DNA of 64,000 nt. Origin: Eledone cirrhosa (taxonomy: Eukaryota). The stretch lies in the NCBI GenBank assembly GCA_964016885.1, contig OZ024742.1:363134001-363198000 (forward strand), given 5' to 3'. Positions 40,698-54,569 of the stretch are shown piece by piece; position 1 is the stretch's first letter, and each line of letters starts with the position of its first letter. The notes under the pieces are model-generated. The model was not told the origin of the DNA and did not search any database. It saw nothing but the letters and a program-made list of their open reading frames with translations. The translations under genes were made by a program, and so were the position numbers.

Positions 40698-42198
40698 ATA
40701 TACATTTATGCATATATATATTACCTTGAGAAATTATGTATGCTAATGGTAATGATGCTGCTGATGATAAAGATGATGGTATTGATGTTAATTGTAGATT
40801 AATTATGTTGATAATGATGATAGTGATAATAGTAACTTCAACTTTTACGACAATTCCTACCAGAGTGATGGTGATGATGATAATGATGATGGTGAGAAAA
40901 AGAAGCTGACAATGGTAAGAAAGATGTAATTGGAAAAGAGCCAATAGTGAGAGCAGACCATAAAAATACTGTTCCGGTTAGTCTTTCCATTGCTGATACT
41001 ATATGCCGGACGCAACTCCTGGCAGAATAAGCAGAAGAAGCAACGTGAAATAAAAAATATTTTACTAAAGAATCCAGTACAAAGCTGATCCAGATGTAGA
41101 CTCTACGATCGTGTATGCTGGTGATGGTGATGGTTATGGTGATGGTTATATTACTATTATGATATTGATGATGTTTAGATTACTATGGTGGTATTGATCA
41201 TGAAAATGAATGTTTTCTGGGTAAAAATTTAATATTTCTTTCTTATAGAATGTTGAAATCTATTTCTTTTTTTTATACAAAGATTATGAGATTTTATGTC
41301 GTTCATGCCTTTCCGAGACCATTAACAGTGTAAAGAAATAAAAGTAAAACTGAAAAACATCAATAAAATAGATGATGCGACGGACATTACGTCGTTAGAG
41401 GAATTAAGGTTAATAAAATGGTTTCAAACGGAAATATTGTATATTTTATGACACAGTAAACTGATCAAGTTTACGTTTCAATGTAAGATATTTACCATAT
41501 TTCTAGCGTTAAATCGTGAACGCGCCGCAATTTTGAGTTGCACATTTTCATGAAAATAAAACTTAAAACTCGGCCACAACACACAAGATAAATTTACTAG
41601 ACTTATTTTGGACGAAATAAGATGAGCGAGATAGAGATAATTTCGACCCTGGAATGAAATAGCTTAAACTACACGTGAAATAAAACAGCTTCAATCACAA
41701 TTTAAATAAGTTTAAAGGTATTACAAGCTAAAATTGTGCATGTCTACAAGTGTATATTTCGTTACACATCCGCAGATACAAAACATTTCACACATCAAAT
41801 GTTTTGTATCATGAAGTCATTGGTATTTCGAGTTTTAAAATCTACTCCCTCATCCATGTGTTCCGACTCAACCGAGGTCGATTAAACTTCAGTCTGTGTC
41901 ATACTACTGTACTCATCCATAATTTCTCTACAGTCATAGCAATCTACATACAATCTCTCTTGCGTCCACGTTGTACTTTGTAGTACATCTGCATGCTCCT
42001 GAAAGCCCAAAGTCCCGTAGGATTTTCTAAGAGAACAGCATGCATTCTCACTACATGGAATCACGTATTTCACAACATACAGTCACGTACTTCACCATAT
42101 AAATTCGCTGGAATTAATAAGATACGCGAAATAAAATAGCATCAAACAGAATTGTAATATATATCAGAGTACAACAATCTGAATGAATTAACGCCTCA

Positions 42199-42253
<55 letters not shown>

Positions 42254-42355
42254 AGGTACATTTTTCCAATTCTTTTTTTAAATCAATTTTAAAACAATTA
42301 TCTTATATAACGTGATCTGTATAGGACGTTTTCTAACGTTCGCCCTGTTGTTCAT

Positions 42356-42390
<35 letters not shown>

Positions 42391-42471
42391 GTATATGGAT
42401 GATTGAAAAAGTATATATAGTAACATTGACAAGTTGATAAGTTAATATTTGTTAGTAAATAAGTTTTGCAA

Positions 42472-42545
42472 ACTTACCTGATTGACAGAATGGTGGGTCG
42501 GTGGAAATGAAATGAAAGAAGAATAGAGAAAGAAAAATCAGTGAA
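42472..42545 (-). promoter_or_regulatory. Candidate recursive splice site (branch point - polypyrimidine - CAG|GTAAGT)
   Basis: Minus strand: cactgat ttttctttctctattcttctttcatttcatttccaccgacccaccattctgtcaatCAG|GTAAGT, with no AG in the preceding ~65 nt. Confidence 0.55.
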
Positions 42546-42734
42546 CAAATAATAATAATAAATAATCATAATAACAGTAATAATAATAATAATAATAATG
42601 AAGCACGTGATATTTGTTTATTAGTTTCTGTGTTTTAATAACATAAACATTAATTGTAATACAGTAGGTGTGAAAAGGCAAAAGGAAACCAGTTGTCATT
42701 CGTGAAAGAGATGAAATATATTATATATTTATTT

Positions 42735-42960
42735 TTATACACAGAAGAAAGGCGCTACCTAGTGTTTCAAGGTACACATTTCACCATACTCCAAAATACA
42801 ACAGGCATCAAATTAGTGACCCAACTTCAGGTGCTTATAATAGATTATATACTCGTATGAGCGCCTGGAGAATGGTCAATAATTTGATGCATTTGTATTC
42901 TGGAGCATGGACAAATGTGTACCTTGAAACACTAGGAAACACTTTTGTTCCGTGTATGAA
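42735..42960. mobile_element. Diverged fold-back with hammerhead-like cores
   Basis: cctagtgtttcaaggtacacattt / aaatgtgtaccttgaaacactagg inverted; CTGAAG or CTGGAGA...GAAAcacTA. Confidence 0.6.
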
Positions 42961-43063
42961 CATAAATATATAAAATAATATATATATACGTGTGTGGGTG
43001 TGTGGGTGTCTATTTATATATGTATCCATATACATATATACGTAAGTATATATATTATATCTA

Positions 43064-43139
43064 TTGGGTTGTAACATAAAGTCCCGCCGATCTTATAACA
43101 CTTCTTAAAAAAACGGCGGGAATGTATGTTACAACCCAA
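43064..43139. mobile_element. 76-bp mariner-type MITE
   Basis: TIRs ttgggttgtaacata..tcccgccg / cggcggga..tatgttacaacccaa with TA on both sides. Confidence 0.8.
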
Positions 43140-43145
43140 TATATA

Positions 43146-43204
<59 letters not shown>

Positions 43205-43841
43205 CCGTATTTGACGTCTTATAAGCACATTAAAAAATGAACCAGAAAATCACCCTGCGTCTTATTATGTAAAGGAGAGTCGGACGCAATGCTTTCTAGC
43301 ATAGTTACGTCCCTTTACGGTCTGAGTTCAAATCCCGCCGAGGTTAACTTTGTCTCTCATCCTTACGGGGTCGATAAAATAAAGTACCAGTAATGTACTG
43401 GGTAATTGCTGGCCTTGTGCCTAAAGTAGAAACAATTATGTAAAGGGCCAGTTTGGGTTACTGGCTCTTGGAGTTGTAGTTCTGCAGTGGCCCTTAAGTT
43501 AAGCCACAAACATCTCCAGAAAAGTTAGCAACTCTTTTGTAAAAAATAATCTACAACTTTAATCAATTTTGTGATGAATAAAATAATTTTATTTTATCTT
43601 TATTTTATAAAAACATTCTACATATTTCAACAAAAATACGATGTATGGACTAAAGTAAATTTATTTTCACACTTCCTCATGTTTTAAAAATATACTAAAA
43701 TATTACATCTAGAATTACAATGTACAATGATAATAAAATATATATATATAAACTCTATACCATTAATATTATTTTGTAAATGTCTGACCAAATTAAAGAG
43801 CGTCTTATAAGCCCATGATTCATATAACCCTTCAAATACAG

Positions 43842-43842
<1 letters not shown>
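43205..43842. mobile_element. pogo/Tc1-type non-autonomous DNA transposon
   Basis: TA-ccgtatttga ... tcaaatacag-TA termini; repeated cgtcttat(a/t)a subterminal motif. Confidence 0.6.
43276..43440 (+). mobile_element. SINE nested in the DNA transposon
   Basis: SINE body flanked by the 12-bp direct repeat attatgtaaagg (TSD). Confidence 0.88.
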
Positions 43843-43893
<51 letters not shown>

Positions 43894-44296
43894 CATACAT
43901 ATATATATATTAAAATAGCAAATTAAAGTTTAAGCAAAGAATCGCTGCTTTCACCCTTAACGGGATCTTATATATTTGATATATATTTATCTTCATCGAG
44001 CCCGCTTTGGATTTTAGTCTTCACATTTATTATTATTACTATATATATGTAATCAGCTCCTGATTATTACTGGAATTCTATAAGAATCCACCTTCTATAA
44101 TTTTCGGCAAAGGCAGGTGAGTGCGTGGCTCTGATAAAGGCCAACCAGCGAGAAGCAGACTGTCAGCCTCTCTCCCTTCTTTCGCAGAAAATAAGCAAGT
44201 AAGTGACATAGTCAGTACTTTAAAACTGATAGCGAATGGCCTTGTAAATGTTTTTAATTAAACATACGGTATATTGCCAAATATACTATACATACA

Positions 44297-44373
<77 letters not shown>

Positions 44374-44392
44374 TATATAATATATATATATA

Positions 44393-44462
<70 letters not shown>

Positions 44463-44465
<3 letters not shown>

Positions 44466-45137
44466 TTAGTTAAGCAAAACAAGACCACAAATTTCACAAG
44501 GAAGACATTATTAAAAGATTGTCAACATATTTTAGTTTGATGTAAAGAATGTAGAGAATAGGCAGATCTCACACAATGCAGCCTCGACAGATGAATACTG
44601 CTTGATTATGGCTGACAACTGATGCAACCAAGACACCATAGTAAAATCTAATATATGGAACATTATATTATGTAACATTATCTCATTATTTTAATTTATT
44701 CCTTTGAAGTTCCGATGAGCCGCTCTGTCTTTTAAATATGTTAATTATTTTCAACTGAACCAGATCAATTATGATATATAGTTATCTGATCCAGAAATAT
44801 CATATGGAGTAGCGAAACAATTGTAAACGGACATTAATATTATTAATATTATTATTATTATTATTCTCTACATTCCTTACATCAAGCTAAAATATGTTGA
44901 CAATCTTTTAATAATGTCTTCCTTGTGAAATTTGTGGTCTTGTTTTGCTTAACTAATGAATATTTCCAGCTCTGCGCACCTAACTTCTGCATGAACCCAG
45001 CCACCTAGCTGCTTTCTACTGCATATTGCACATTGAGCACATGCCTTTACGCTTTGGCTTCTAACTAATTCACCAATCTCTCCTCTCATATCTCCTCTCC
45101 TATCTCCATCTCTCTCTTTAAGATTTGTTACTCTTGA
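44463..45137 (+). mobile_element. Non-coding fold-back of the 1503-4900 Penelope family
   Basis: Arms 44463-44560 and 44862-44962; hammerhead 44708-44829 (CCGATGA..GAAA caattg TA); tail matches 4830-4900. Confidence 0.85.
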
Positions 45138-45139
45138 AC

Positions 45140-45187
<48 letters not shown>

Positions 45188-45974
45188 TATATATTATATA
45201 CATTATATATATGTATATATATATATATATACATATATAATATATATATATATAAATATTTATATATACAGAGAGAGAGAAAGAGAGAGAAAGGGCGAGA
45301 GAGAAAGAGAGGAGAACTCATTTCTTATCACAATCCTGTTGCTACTTTCACTATAGTTGACTATAGTTCACCATATTTCACTTTCTTCCTGGCTTCTTAT
45401 CCAGGGACTGTGTCTCTCATCTTGAGACATCGTTGTTAAAGAATATGATATATTATGCCAATCAATACTTATTGACAAATATCCAGAGACATAAAACAAC
45501 AACGTCAACAACGATAATAAAATACAAGAAACATAATAATATATTAACCAAGTGTTTGGTTGACAGAATTAGTAGAAAATCGGTCAAAAACATGCATTGA
45601 GGTATTTAGTTTCGAACTTGTACGTTTTTCACCCTAATATCCCTCTATATTTGTTCTACAATGGGCCCTACACTCTCCCAGTGTTGGTAGATCACGAGGA
45701 ATATATCACATTACGTTGAAACAATTCTTCCCCATATTTACTCGGAGATATTGTTAGAAAAGTTTATTATATTATTCCTATTTGCTAATTATGAATGCTT
45801 ACTCCAATTTGATCTCTCTGTCTCTCTCTCCGTGTATATATATATATATACACCCACATACATATCTAGACACCCACACACATCTAGCTACCAACGACGT
45901 CACTGCTACAAATAATCAAACTTCCAGCTATTCTTCTATTACTTTGTAAATATTCTTCAATTAGAAATCCCAAC

Positions 45975-46380
45975 GCCACCATACAACAACAACAGCAACA
46001 CACAACAACAGCACACAACAACTAAAGCAACAACAACAACAACACACAACAACAACACACACAACAACAACAACAACCACACACACAATACCACATACAA
46101 CACCACACACAACAATACACACAACCACACAACAACACACAACTACACACACAACAACAGCAACACACACAACCACACACACAACACCACATACAACACC
46201 ACACACAACAACACACACAGTCACACAACCACACACACAACCTAACATAGCAACACACACAACCACACAACCACACAACCACACAACCACACACACAACA
46301 CCACACACAACACCACATACAACACCACACACAACAACATACACAGCCACACAACCACACAACACCACACACAACCACAC
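45975..46380. repeat. CA/CAA-rich low-complexity minisatellite
   Basis: Degenerate acacacaaca(c)c units. Confidence 0.9.
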
Positions 46381-47913
46381 TCAACTCATCCTTCTATTTT
46401 CTCATACACACATTCACGTTTGAACTACAATTTTCAGAAAAAGTCTGACAAAAATATAACAAAATGATATATTTCCAGTTGTGATACAATTAACCGCCCT
46501 ACGGCGGTGGGACTGATTAACTTCCTTGCTCACAGCTATTAGGGGTGGACCACCCGTAAAGTAACATCCCCGAAGTAGACCAATACTGTCATAGATTCCT
46601 GCTCAACCTCTGTCTTTCTCTTACTCCTGTTCCTTCACACATACACAACCACATACACACAATCTCTTTCTCTCTGTCTGTCTCTCACTCTTTCTTCCCC
46701 CCTCTCTCTCTGTCTATCTCTCCCCCCTCTCTCTTTCTTTCTCTCGGTTTGGGACTGTTCCGACTTGGAGAGGGATAGGATCTGCCAGGTTTAAAATACT
46801 CAATCACGCCGTATTCCACTAGGGAGTCCCTACGGCTCTACCAAATGTTAAGAACCCTTATCGTTTCCCTTTCTAACTCAATCCTTGTAGTTTATTATTA
46901 TTTTTTATTTAGTTATATTTTCCAGTAATCTGTTAAGAAGTCCCCGGATTTATTAAGTACATATCACCATTAACGTTCGACTAATGTAACAACCAACCAC
47001 AATCTCCTACACCCCGTTGTACCTTTTGTATCAAATTGAAACCACCTGTTTTACCCTAACGATTGGTGGGATTTCAAATCCCGATCGGTATGTACTTAGA
47101 AGAAAAGCACATGCAAGAACAGATTCTTATCCGGTAAAACAGATTTTATCCGACAAATCATCTTATACGACAAATCATCTTATACGACACGCAAACAATT
47201 CGATTGAACCGCTTAGTTCGATATTTTATTTTATAGGCGCTGAAAAGTCGAAAGAAATGCAAACTTTGTCGGAATTTAAATACAGTCTACAGAGAGGCGG
47301 ACTAAATGTCTTAAGATATTCTGTTTGAAGTTTTCACCTTTACCATTCTGCAATGATATATCAAAAAATATCTAAAGATGAGCTTGTAAATTTAAATGTT
47401 TATCGTAGTATGTGGTTTCTTAATTCTATTCTCTACAGTATTATCGTTACTAATAGAGAGATCATTAAAGACTTCACAATTTATATGCCGTTGTACAGCT
47501 TTTTTCTACTTTTCAAGAATATAATATCATGTGGTATAGATCTTTAAAAGTTAATTATTACACCAATCACGGCTCCACACAAATACGAGTGTCTTTGTAT
47601 GGTGTATATAAATATATATACATATATATATATATGTGACTCTATGTGGTGTACATATATATGTGTGTGTCTATATGTGTATCTATGTGGTGTATATATG
47701 TATATGTTTCTCTTATGTGACGATCACCTTAAGAGTTGTAACATACCATTCAGAGTTTATACCCAACTGTTTTCATGAATTAATTTTTTGAGATAAATTA
47801 TTCGTAGGAAAAAGAGGGAGAGTCAAATTTCAGATTTGCAAAACAAAAACCCATCCCCCAAAATCCCCGGAAACATTTGCAGCTAGGAATTGTGTGCAGT
47901 CATGCATGCTGTT

Positions 47914-47958
<45 letters not shown>

Positions 47959-47960
47959 TG

Positions 47961-47992
<32 letters not shown>

Positions 47993-48070
47993 ATTATATA
48001 AATCTAAATACACGACTGCATACAGTTCCTGGCTGGAAGTGTTTTGTATAGCGAATCTTAGACTCTAAAT

Positions 48071-48158
<88 letters not shown>

Positions 48159-48796
48159 GGAAATAGAGCAATCAAGAGAGTGAGAGAAAAAGAGGTGTGT
48201 CGTAGTCAGCTTGGAGCATTATGGAGTGTGAAGAAAACCTTATTTTTAGAACGTTACAACAATACAAATAAAACATTAAATGTACATAAAAACAACAATA
48301 GTGATGATTCGTCATTGTGACATAGAAAATATAGAATTTAGCCTTAATAGATTTCGTGATATAAATAACACTTTTTTTTTAAAGAATCAAACGAACATAG
48401 ATATATAAGGTTGATAATTATGGTAACAAAATTAAATGTGAGGTGGAGTTAGGGAAGAGCCCTATCTCCTGTGTATGTGGTGTCGGTGGTGGTGGTGATC
48501 GGATCTATAAAGGGGTTACAGCTTGCGTTCAATGGTGCATGAGGGGACAATTGGCAGTGAAGTGGATTAGTCAAATATTGTGATTTCAGGCATGATGTCT
48601 ATAATGAGAAATTAAAAGAGAAAGAAGCACTGATAGGGATGAATTATTTATCGATCTATATTAACCAGTGGGCTTCATTAAATTCTAGATTATTAAATCT
48701 TTGATACAAACCCAAACCAAATCCGGCTTAGGGTCCATATACCAACACCAGCAATTTTATAGGGTCATATTTGAACAATTTTATTAAAGAACTGTC

Positions 48797-48981
48797 GTGT
48801 TCAATCGGGGGTAACAACAGTAAGTAAGGTACTGAATACATTGTGGAGTATATACGATATTTAATACAGAAATGGCTGCTACAGGACTAGAACTGCTTCC
48901 TTCGAAGGAAATCATCAGAGGCTTTCCTGATGATTTCATTTGAATGAAACAGTTCTGGTCCTGTACAAGTCATTTCTATAT

Positions 48982-48990
<9 letters not shown>
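48797..48990 (-). mobile_element. TA-adjacent fold-back with hammerhead core
   Basis: Arms ~48858-48918 and 48927-48988; CTGATGA-tttcatttgaat-GAAA. Confidence 0.7.
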
Positions 48991-49047
<57 letters not shown>

Positions 49048-49472
49048 CTATCTCATTAATGAAATAATTAATAATCTTAATAAATCCTTCAAAATACCTT
49101 AATCATTAAATGAAATATAATGTATTTAATTATATAGGTTAACTCTTCCATAACCGTATTTCTAAAAACACATCATTTCAATTAATTGCTGAAAGATTTT
49201 GAGAAATTTACTAAATGATTTATTATTTCATTTTTAAGAAAGCAGTAAATTTAGTTGTTTCACTATCAAAATCTTGAATCGGAACATATTCAAAACTTGT
49301 GAAATACACGGGAAATGTTTGAAATTTGTGAGAGACTCTAACAGAGAAAGTAACTGCAACCGTCGTTCACTATAAATAATCACTGAGAAAATTGAGTAGG
49401 TTAAGGGGAAAGAAGCATGGCTACGTCCACAAGTTATCTACTCTAAATTAATTTACATTGTTTTTTTACCAT

Positions 49473-49660
49473 TGGTGGATTGGCAGTAACGGTAGAGGGT
49501 CGGACACCATGCTTTGCAAGCATAGAGTTACGGCCCTTGCTATTCTGAGTTCAAATCCCGCCGAGGTTAACTTTGCCTTTCCCCCTTACGGGGTCGATAA
49601 AATAAAGTACCAGTAATACACTGGGTGATTGCTGGCCTTGTGCCAAAAGTAGAAATAAAT
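49473..49660 (+). mobile_element. tRNA-derived SINE, full length
   Basis: tggcagtaacgg A-box-like, gagttcaaatccc B-box-like, family 3' end. Confidence 0.88.
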
Positions 49661-50206
49661 TATTTATAGTAATCGGTTCTTATTATAAAAATAAAATTAG
49701 AATTTTATTTCTCGCCCTAGCACAGCTGATACATAAATGTAAGTATGCAAACGTAAAATTCTAACTCGCTCGGTATGTAAATGAGGCTACTCAGCCGAAG
49801 TGTACTTAAGAAAATACTATATATTTTCAGCCGTTCAACAGACTGGCAGAGGTATACAGTTCTGATGGAGGGTAATGTACCAGAAACATGTTGATTTTTC
49901 CTCAAAGTCAGTATTGAACAAACAGGTGAACAAACAGGTACAGTACAGCTTCGAATCGGACCGTTTATTTACAGACGAATCGAACATTATTCTTAATGTT
50001 CAATATAACCCATACGTACATATATATATATATATATATATATATGATTTTTTTGCTCTACGATTAAGCCATCTATCTTTCCATCTAATTGCATGACTCG
50101 CTAGTCTAACAACCTATATGTATTGAGCACACTAACTTGCTCTCTACTGGCCAGTAATCTGCATAACTAATCCCCTTTCTCTCCTCCTGATTAGCCTATT
50201 TGCTTT

Positions 50207-50273
<67 letters not shown>

Positions 50274-50278
<5 letters not shown>

Positions 50279-52548
50279 ATGAAATGACAGGAGGCTGGAT
50301 TTGTGTAAATCCTTGAAAGGTTTATTATACTATGATCATTTCAATGACCGGGTTCCGTATGAATCCGGTGATATCATCAGGTATTCGAAATATAATACGT
50401 GAATCTAATAGGTAAAATCCATAGGGATGAAAACCCTTAGCACACGCCATAGGATCCCCCCCCTCCCCGGGAACATAAATACTGCAACCTGAACTATATT
50501 GTAATTCTCCTATGTCCTGATTTCTCCATCTTACTCCAACACCGCTCTTGTTGGTTTATTTACATGTTTATACCTATATATTGATAGGTTTATATATTTA
50601 TACCTCTGCTGTACCAATGTGCTCTTCCACGTATTCCACTTCTATGTATCCATGTATTTCTACTCCTCACATTGGGACCTGTACCCATTAGCACACGACA
50701 CTAAAATGTCTCCTCCTGAGAACAAAAATTAAACATTACACGACTATATCCCGTACTCTACATCCCACTAGGATAAATTACAGATCTACATAATACAATT
50801 AACGTTTCTTCATAAAAGACTATTTAATTAAACCCCGCAACCCAAAACCTCATAGAAGTTATTTGAATGTTTAATCTTCAATTTTCTGTTTGTTCAATTC
50901 TCAATCTTCTTACTCCTTAGTTTTATAATGTTATTCTGAATTCTTTCAACTTCATCCGATAGAGTTAAGCAAAATTCTAAAGTTCCAACTTTCTGTCGGA
51001 CCGTTGGGTGGGTTTTAGCGGCGGCGCGACCGGCTCCCTGGCGAACGGGCTCACCTGGAGTGCTTGTAAAAATAAATTTCCCCTTCTTTCGGTAAATGAA
51101 AATACTCGGCGTGGCTTAATTCGCCATGGGGCCCGGGGCGCGGCCGGTGTTTTAACCGCCAAATAGTACCTTTAAAGTACAGAACAAATCGGAACTATTA
51201 GATATATCAACCTGAAACTGTTGAGCTTTAAACTTTCTAACCTCTTCAATATGGAATATTGATTATTAATTTTTTAACTTCATCCTATAAGTCTAAACAT
51301 TGTAACACACTGACCCCCAATATATTCACCTCTGCTAAGATGCGAGTCCCTGTGAAAATTTTGTCGCGCCACTCCTGGCCCAACTGTGGTGTGACATTAA
51401 TATCGACCTTCCTTCCTCTCTCTTTCTATCTTCCTTCTTGTAGCTATCAACCATTACTCTTTTACTTCTCTAAGCAACATTTTAAAGTTCCAACTTTCTG
51501 TCGGACTGTTGGGTGGGTTTTAATGGCGGCGCGACCAGCTCCCTGGCGAACGAGCTCACCTGGAGTGCTTGGAAAAATAAATTTCCCCTTCTTTCAGTAA
51601 ATGAAAATACTCGGCGTAGCTTAATTCGCCATGGGGCCCGGGGCGCGGCCGGTGTTTTAACCGCCACATAGTACCTTTAAATTACAGAACAAATCGGAAC
51701 TATTATATAATTAAAGGTTAAACTGTTGAACTTTAAATTTTCTAACCTCTTTAATATTGAATATTGATTATTAATTTTTTAACTTCATCCTAGAAGTCTA
51801 AACACTGTAACACACTGACTCCCAATATATTCATCTCTGCTAAGATGCGGGTCCCTGTGAACATTTTCTCGCGTCACTCCTGGCTTGACTGTGGTCTGAC
51901 ATTAATATAGACCTTTCTTCCTCTTTCTTTCTATCTTCCTTCTTGTAGCCACCAACCCTTACTTTTCTACTTCTCTCTTCCCTTCCTTCTCTTCTCCCCT
52001 CCTCCTGTCTTCCTCCCGCCGACTTATCTTCCTTCCCCCTCTTGCTTGCCTATATCTGACCGATAGTAGTTGCCTTTCTTCTTTTAGCTGACATTAACCC
52101 TGGCTTCTCTTCTTCTTTCTTCCACCTTCTTCTCTCTCTTTCCTTTCTTTCTTTCTTTTACCTTGTGTCATGAGATCGACGTTAACTTATGCTCCCATCC
52201 CTTTCTGTTTTCGTTTATCTGACCGGTGGTAGCATACTATAAAATTTAGCCACGTCACTCCAGGGCGACCGGCTTAGGTTGAAGGAACAGAATAGCGGTT
52301 TCCCTCGGGTCTCGATTTTCAGCCCCATGGATTTTACCTATTACATTCACGTATTATATTTCGAATACCTGATGATATCACCGGATTCATACGGAACCCG
52401 GTCATTGAAATGATCATAGTATAATAAACCTTTCAAGGATTTACACAAATCCAGCCTCCTGTCATTTCATTATAATATTTAACTCCGTAATAGCACCATC
52501 AACTACAAAAACAAAGACGGTTGAACTGCTTTACGTTGAGTACTCTCT
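50274..52548 (+). mobile_element. 2.3-kb non-coding PLE-type fold-back with internal 505-bp tandem duplication
   Basis: Arms 50274-50432 and 52316-52474 nearly perfectly inverted; tail to ~52548; tandem units 50966-51470 and 51471-51976. Confidence 0.85.
52365..52422 (+). ncRNA. Canonical type I hammerhead motif (mirror copy ~50324-50384 on minus)
   Basis: atac-CTGATGA-tatc accgg attcatacggaac ccggt catt-GAAA-tgatca-TA-gtat, then AATAAA. Confidence 0.88.
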
Positions 52549-52616
52549 ATATTATTGCATTACGATTGACCATGCGGAATAGACCAGCTCTATACAGTGG
52601 TGAACCTCAAACCTGA

Positions 52617-52654
<38 letters not shown>

Positions 52655-54569
52655 ATGTGTGTGTGTGTACGTGTGTGTACGTGTGCATACTTACATGACT
52701 CTTATTATAATTCATATTTAATATGAGGTAGTATTGTAGATACAACCCTTTACTGAGGCTCCTAATTACTAAGACACACATCTTCACAATATATGTAAAG
52801 TATGAACCAACATTTACGAAATATTTGCTGATGTCAACAACCTCCACAAGAGTCAAACCATCTCAATATACCATTCCTCATCAATTATAGATCTTAGATT
52901 TCATGACATACTATTGTTCAAGAGAAATATTTTCATATGTGAAATACATTCCAATAAATACAGAATTCTACGGATTAGCAGAAGTGTTAGGGTGTTAATA
53001 CCTTCATAGTTGTTCCGGGTCACTGCACGTTAGATTGAAATCCCGCCGTGGTCAATTTTACCTTTCATCCTTTAGAGCTCGATAAATAAAGAAGGATTCC
53101 AGTTGGGGTAGATTCTGCCTGTCTTTCAATCCACGGAAGAAATAATCTATGATCTGACAAGGAATGAGATGGACCCCACGAGGCTAAAAGTGTCCAAGAT
53201 ACGCTTTGTGTCAGGAAGGTCTCTCTACGGGTCCATCAAGAGTTAAGAGATATTTGACTTTGTGTACATATGTGAAAAAGATTTGATCAGTAATGATACT
53301 ATGAAATTGAGGAGTATTTCTGTAGTACAATCAACGGAACAAACTGTTCCGGAAATTAAACTCCACGTGACTAAATATTGCACAGACACGGGTATCACCA
53401 GCTAGTCATTTGAGAAACAGATTCAACACATTTTCCCCAGCTTATCGAACTAAATAATTGTGGGGTCGCAGTAAATAGAACTCATGACCTTACAATCATA
53501 AGCTGAGCAGCCTAACCGCTAAGCCACACGCCATCCCAATAACAAGCATGTGTACAGTATGATTTTACACCAATGGCAATTTATTGGTCACACATCTAAA
53601 GTGCATCATCGCGTTTAAATCGTCGTTGTATGGTAAGATAATTCAAAACTATTGTAAATTCTACCGATGCATTGAACAGTGAGAAATGTTTAAAAATTGT
53701 CAACCTAGGACTATTTAATTGTAACCATAACACACATTACTTTAGATAAACGAGATTCCCTGGTTTCACTGTTGCAATGAATGAAGATGCTTTCAATTAC
53801 CCTTTTAGAAAACAATTTCTATAACAGAAAAAAACAAGAAAATCACGCAATAAAAGGTGCAATTTTCCAATTCTCTGGTTAAAGTTGGCCGAGCATCTCT
53901 GGTGAATTGGCGAAATGTTATTTTATTACAAAATCAGTAAAGTTGAACAGTTATTATGAAGGAGAGTATTTGTGTATTGGGAATAAGATTTTACGGGAAT
54001 CATTTACGCCTTGATAACAATCATATAATCTTTCTATCTTTGTTTTTATGTGATAACATCTTTAGTGTTATGATTCATAAATGTTCTTTCGCCTCATGAA
54101 AACAACATATAGTATTTTCGAAATAAGAAATATATTAGAACATTTTCGGTAAACCCCCAACCGTGCAGAACAATCATATTCTTTATTCATATTATTATAA
54201 ACTAAAATCCCTACTACAAAATACGCCTTTTATGCTGCTAAATATTCATAAAAGGATGTAATATAACTGCAAACTGGATTGATAATTCCATATTTAATAC
54301 AGTAATTCAGAAATGAAACAGCAATTATTTTTCATTCATGATCCCAAATCATAAGATTTAAGAACATTTCTGATAATATTATACGTTTTATAATATTGCA
54401 AAGCTCTACAATCATTGTAGATATCTTTGCAAAGTCTATAACTAAGAATATATTAGCTACTATTTCCTATTACTATGTAAGCGTCGCTGAAGATGGAATA
54501 AAAATACTGAAATGTATGTATGCTATCTTCTTACACGATTACAGTAGTAGCTGTGATATGATAGCTAAA

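Noticed and set aside
41750-42150. Possible minus-strand terminal exon after ttattaattccAG
   Set aside because: Frames close quickly and the acceptor flank resembles 55790-55825, suggesting repeat origin
46480-46991. Possible solo LTR (TGT...ACA ends)
   Set aside because: No target-site duplication, PBS or PPT that I can verify
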